NCBI GenBank assembly: GCA_964016885.1
Contig: OZ024742.1
Coordinates: 278,876,001 to 278,940,000, forward strand
Length of the DNA: 64,000 nucleotides
Source: Eledone cirrhosa
Taxonomy: Eukaryota
Direction of reading: 5' to 3'
Part shown: in pieces, positions 59,001 to 64,000 of the stretch
Layout: each line of letters begins with the position of its first letter
How positions within the stretch are numbered: the stretch's first letter is position 1
Program-made: the position numbers and the translations under genes
Notes under the pieces: generated by a model
What the model saw: only the letters and a program-made list of their open reading frames with translations
What the model was told of the DNA's origin: nothing
Databases searched by the model: none

Positions 59001-61039
59001 AGAAACCGTAATAGACGGGTTACTTGGTATAATGCTCCATTTAATTTACAAATTAAGGATAATATTGCTAAAAAATCTTTTTATATCCTAGAGAAAAACT
59101 TCCCGCCAAACCACAAATACCATCAAATCTTAAATAGGTCTACAGTTAAATTCTCATACTCTACAACAAATAACATAAAACAAAATATAAGTGCCTATAA
59201 TGCATATAAATGTAAGAAAACCATAAGTATACCACCAGTACATCAAATTAACCATAATATCTCCTCAAATACAGAATTAACGAAAGGTTGTAACTGTAGA
59301 AACAAAGCAAACTGCCCATTAAAAGGGAATTGTCTTGTTAACAACATAGTCTATAAATGTAATGTTAAAACTAAAGATTCTATTTGCTCATATATAGGAG
59401 CTACCTCTAACAATTTTAAGACAAGGTTTAATACCCACAAGCATAGTTTTAAAAATGCCGCACTGGCTAATACAACATCTCTAGCAGAAAAAATCAATAG
59501 TTATAAAAATAAGAATATAGAATATGATTTGACCTGGAGTGTGCTCAAAAGAGCCACCTCTTATCAAAATAATAGAAATGAATGTAGATTATGTTCCCAA
59601 GAACTATTTGAAATAATGAAATCTAAGGATATCCTATTAAATAAACGACAGGAATTAATTATATCGTGTAATCATAAACTAAAAAAAACATTTAAATATT
59701 ATAAACCTAATTAATAACATTATTTTAGAAATTAATTTAATTTAAATGTTAGTTAACCTATAAATTTAATTTAATTAAAATTCTATTACAGATGAGAATA
59801 TGAAATATTATGTAATCATAAATTGTGAAAAACCTTTAAATATTACTAATATATACTTAGTAATTTAATTTATAGATTAATTTTAATTTATTTAAACCTT
59901 TTATTATAATTCTTTTACAGATAAAATATAACAAAATATCGTGTATCCAATGACAGAGAAATAATTTTTAGTATTATAGACCTAATTAATATACATTTTA
60001 GAAATATATTTATAATTTGGTTTTAATTTTAGTCAACCTAAAAATTTAATTTAATTGGCTTAAAATTAGTATCCTTATACAGATGAATTGCAGAATGTCA
60101 TGTAATCATAGAATGAGATGTGTTTTAGATATATACCTAGTTAATATATTCTTTGCAATTTTTGAAAAAATATGTATATGTATATGTGTATGTGTATGTG
60201 TATGTGTGTGTATATGTGTATATATGTATATATATATATGTATATATATGTGTATATATATATGTGTATGTATATGTATATGTATATGTATTAATTTTGA
60301 TTTCTATTTGCATATAATTATATTCTGCTATTGATAAAATACAATATCTGTTTTATTTATTATATACCTAATTAACATATACTATAGAAATAAATATATA
60401 ATTTTTAATTTAGTTAACCTATAATTTATATTCTACTACCGATGTAATACTTTATTTGTTTTTTCCCTATTACTAAATTCATTTCCTAATATTGATACCA
60501 TAACGTTATTAACTTTAATTTAGTTATACTATAATTAATACTCTACTACTATTTAACTTCAAAATTCTGCTTCAAATGTTATAAACCTAACTAATTTACA
60601 CCTTAGAAATCAACATGTTAACTATCTTTAGTTTAGTTAACATATAATTAATGGTATACTTATTTATTTTGAAATGCATAAATTTTGCCTTATTTCTTGT
60701 TTATTGTATTTCCTAACACTGAAACTATGTAAAAACATACATTGGATCCAGATACGGATAATATTCTATGTTTCTTGAAACATATATTTACTATAATCCC
60801 CTTCTCCAACCCCCCCCCCCCTTTCCCCCATACTATTATCATCTGTGTTTGTAAGCGTGTATGTATGAATATATATGTAGGTAGGTGTATATATGTTTGG
60901 GTATTTATATCTGAATATAAAAATACATATATGCGCATGCAAATAAGAATGTAAGATTGTGTGTGTATATATATATGTGTGTATGTATGTGTATATGTGT
61001 ATATATGCATGTGTATATATATGTGTATGTGTATGTGTG

Positions 61040-61130
<91 letters not shown>

Positions 61131-61327
61131 ATGTATGTATGTATATGTGTGTCTGTATATATATGTATGTCTCTCTATTTATATGTCTATCTTCGTATCT
61201 ATGTGGATATATGTGTGTGTGTGCATGTATACACATATATGTGTTTATGTGTATATGTGTGTATGTGTATATATGTGTGTGTGCACACACATATATATGT
61301 GAGTGTGTATATGTGTGTGTGTATATG

Positions 61328-61361
<34 letters not shown>

Positions 61362-61385
61362 TGTGTGTATATGTGTCTATATTCG

Positions 61386-61442
<57 letters not shown>

Positions 61443-62025
61443 TATTTATTATTATAATATAACTTATGTGTATGTGTGTATATGTGAGGGTGTGTATATG
61501 TATATATATGTGTATATATATGTGTAAAAAAATATATATGTGCATGTCTGTTTTTTATGTGTGTGTGTATATATATATATGTGTATATATATGTATATGT
61601 GGGTGTTTGTATGTGTATTTATGGTTGTATGTGTGTGTGGGTATATATATATAAGTGTATGTGTATATATATATATATATATATGTGTATATATATCTCT
61701 ATTAATGCGTGTATATATGTATATGTATATGCCTTTTTCTTTGTATGTCTGAGTTGGGTGAGGGTGTAGTGGTGTTTCTATGTATATACGCATATATGAA
61801 TGCGTATGTATTTGTATATATGAGTATATGTAAGTGCGTATGTATGTATGAATATATATCTAATTCTATGTATGAGTATATATGAGTGTATGTATGTTGT
61901 GTGTGTATGTATGTATATGTCTATGTGTGTGTATATATATATGTATGTATGTGTGTGTATGTATCTATGTATGTGTATGTATGTACATATATGTCTATGT
62001 ATGTGTGTATGTATATGTATGTATA

Positions 62026-62069
<44 letters not shown>

Positions 62070-62256
62070 ATATATATGTGTGTGTGTGTATGTGTGTGTG
62101 TGTGTATATATATCTTTATATATGTGTATGTGTATGTTCGTGTAGGTGTATGTGTGTGTATGACTATATATGTATGTGTGTATGTGTGTATGTTTAAATA
62201 TATCTATGTGTGTGTACATGTATGTATGTGTATGTATGTGTGTGTGTGTATATGTG

Positions 62257-62317
<61 letters not shown>

Positions 62318-62604
62318 GTTTCTCTATTTGTATATGTATATGTGTATAGGTATATACCTTTTTCTTTGTATGTCTGAGTTGTGTGAGAGTGTAGTGGTGT
62401 TTGTATGTATATACCGATATATAGATGCGTAAGTATTTGTCTGTATGTATGTATGTATGTCTGTATGTATTTGTGTGTATATATAGGTATGTATGTGTAT
62501 ATCTGTATGTATATAAGTATGTAAGTGTATGTATATGTGCGTGTATGTGTGTATATATATGTGTGTCTATATAGTATGTGTGATTATATGTGTATGTATG
62601 TGTG

Positions 62605-62665
<61 letters not shown>

Positions 62666-62861
62666 ATTTATATGTATGTGTGTATATGTATGTATGTGTG
62701 TATATGTATATGTTTATATATGTGTGTGTATGTATGTTCTAAGTGTGGATGTGTGTATATGTATGTATGTGTTTGTATATGTGTATGTATATATATATAT
62801 ATATGTGTATATGTATATATATATATATATATATATGTGTATATATGTGTATGTATATATA

Positions 62862-62892
<31 letters not shown>

Positions 62893-63873
62893 TTTCTTGA
62901 TATATTTCTTTTTTCTTTTTTCTTTTTCTTTTCTTTCCTTTTTAATGTTTATTTATTATTTATTATTTTTTATTTTCTTAGTTTATAGATACATCTATAT
63001 TAAGCAGTCTGCCCAAACCGTTGAATACTGACCTCTCCCCCCCTCCCATCTAATTTCTGTATCTTGATCTAAATGTGTGTGCCAGTGTTTATGTGAGTGA
63101 ATTAATATCCATGTGCTTAGGATTTTATATCCACATATATATATGTGAGTGGGGGTGTGTGTGTGTTTGTATGTTCGTAGTTATGTGTATGTTTATGCAT
63201 ATACGCGCGTGTGTGTGTGATTGTACGGATATGTGTGAGTATGTGAATATGTGTATACACTTATTTCATATTTATGTGTCTATACGCATCTTATCTGTGC
63301 ATTATAAACTTACAGAGGCATTAACCTTGAAATTTTGTATTTGCATCCATCCTTTTGGTATGCGTATACAAGTTGTGCATACATTTTTGTAAAATATGTG
63401 TAAGGGTAGTTACATGTATATACACACACTGAACTGCATTAAACCTTTTGTATTTTCATTGGTCAATTTTGTTCCCAAACGGACCTGAAATTTTGAATTG
63501 TTGTTATTATCAATAAATATATTTCATTATTTCTGAAGACGGCGTATATATGTGTTGGTATGTATATTTAATCTTGATAGTTTGTATAATTTTGTATAAT
63601 TTTGTACATAGATCTGTTGAATATGCATGCCAATTCTAACACATATATATCCTAGAAACGATCGTTAAATAATGAACTTTTTTTGTTTAATATAAGGAAC
63701 TGTTTCATTGTTTATTCATTATTTGTTTAATATTTTATCTTGACTCTGTATACCGTTTATCTTTCACCGAAAGTGATTTTTCATTACATCTCTTCTTTCC
63801 ATGATATCCGGAATACATTGAGTTCTTCATACGGATTGGACACTACCGTAAACTTTTGGTAGATTTATCTACA
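56061..63873 (+). mobile_element. Penelope-like element 2 (Hydra-clade-like) with pseudo-LTRs and inverted 5' segment
   Basis: Direct repeats about 56826-57121 and 63580-63873 (near identical); 56061-56825 is the reverse complement of 62973-63738; (TA)n both ends. Confidence 0.92.
57272..59714 (+). pseudogene. PLE2 RT plus GIY-YIG endonuclease, about 813 aa if one extra G (57951-57953) is removed
   Basis: ORFs 57251-57958 and 58077-59714 join without stops; SLKNIPIP, FLQFDIDNYY, GLYRDDCL, NFLDITLDL, CNCRNKANCPLKGNCL, YIGAT..FKTRF..H, CRLC, CNH. Confidence 0.93.
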
Positions 63874-63896
63874 TATATATATATATATATATAAAG

Positions 63897-63948
63897 GGCT
63901 TTCCTGATGATTTCCTCCGAATGAAACAATTCTAGTCCTTTAGAAGCC
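63897..63948 (+). ncRNA. Hammerhead motif starting another PLE-derived fragment directly after (TA)n
   Basis: ggctttc-CTGATGA-t ttc ctcc gaa t-GAAA-caattctagtcctt-TA-gaagcc; helix III partly decayed. Confidence 0.65.
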
Positions 63949-64000
63949 ATTTCTATGTTAAATATTTATACTCTCCTATGTATCGAGTGCCCTACTTAGT

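Noticed and set aside
56407-63392. Identical 105-aa ORFs (56407-56724 minus, 63075-63392 plus)
   Set aside because: By-product of the inverted duplication of TG-rich PLE2 UTR.

Overview
Eukaryotic, very AT-rich, gene-free-looking window dominated by (TA)n, (CA/TG)n, (GA)n and (AAG)n microsatellites and transposable elements. The SINE and microsatellite repertoire suggests a cephalopod (Octopus-like) genome; this is inference. I found no host gene. Main contents: (i) two long Penelope-like retroelements (PLEs; RT with GLYRDD plus C-terminal GIY-YIG, resembling the Hydra clade) at 46786-56048 and 56061-63873, plus an endonuclease-only fragment; (ii) about ten non-autonomous families that sit between (TA)n tracts as partial-tandem or fold-back (inverted) structures, most carrying minimal type-I hammerhead ribozyme (HHR) motifs with palindromic helix III; (iii) a Helitron head-to-tail array with a decayed Rep-helicase gene and an unexpected 23-bp flanking duplication; (iv) tRNA-derived SINEs and RTE, CR1 and Tx1 LINE fragments. 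The most interesting pattern is a (TA)n-targeted PLE/ribozyme ecosystem: fold-back axes repeatedly fall inside ribozyme helices, ribozymes show recurrent non-canonical features (U.U at the base of helix II, greatly enlarged helix II), and the master elements carry kilobases of microsatellite, their own target, in their 3' UTRs. All structures were read by eye and none was computed.
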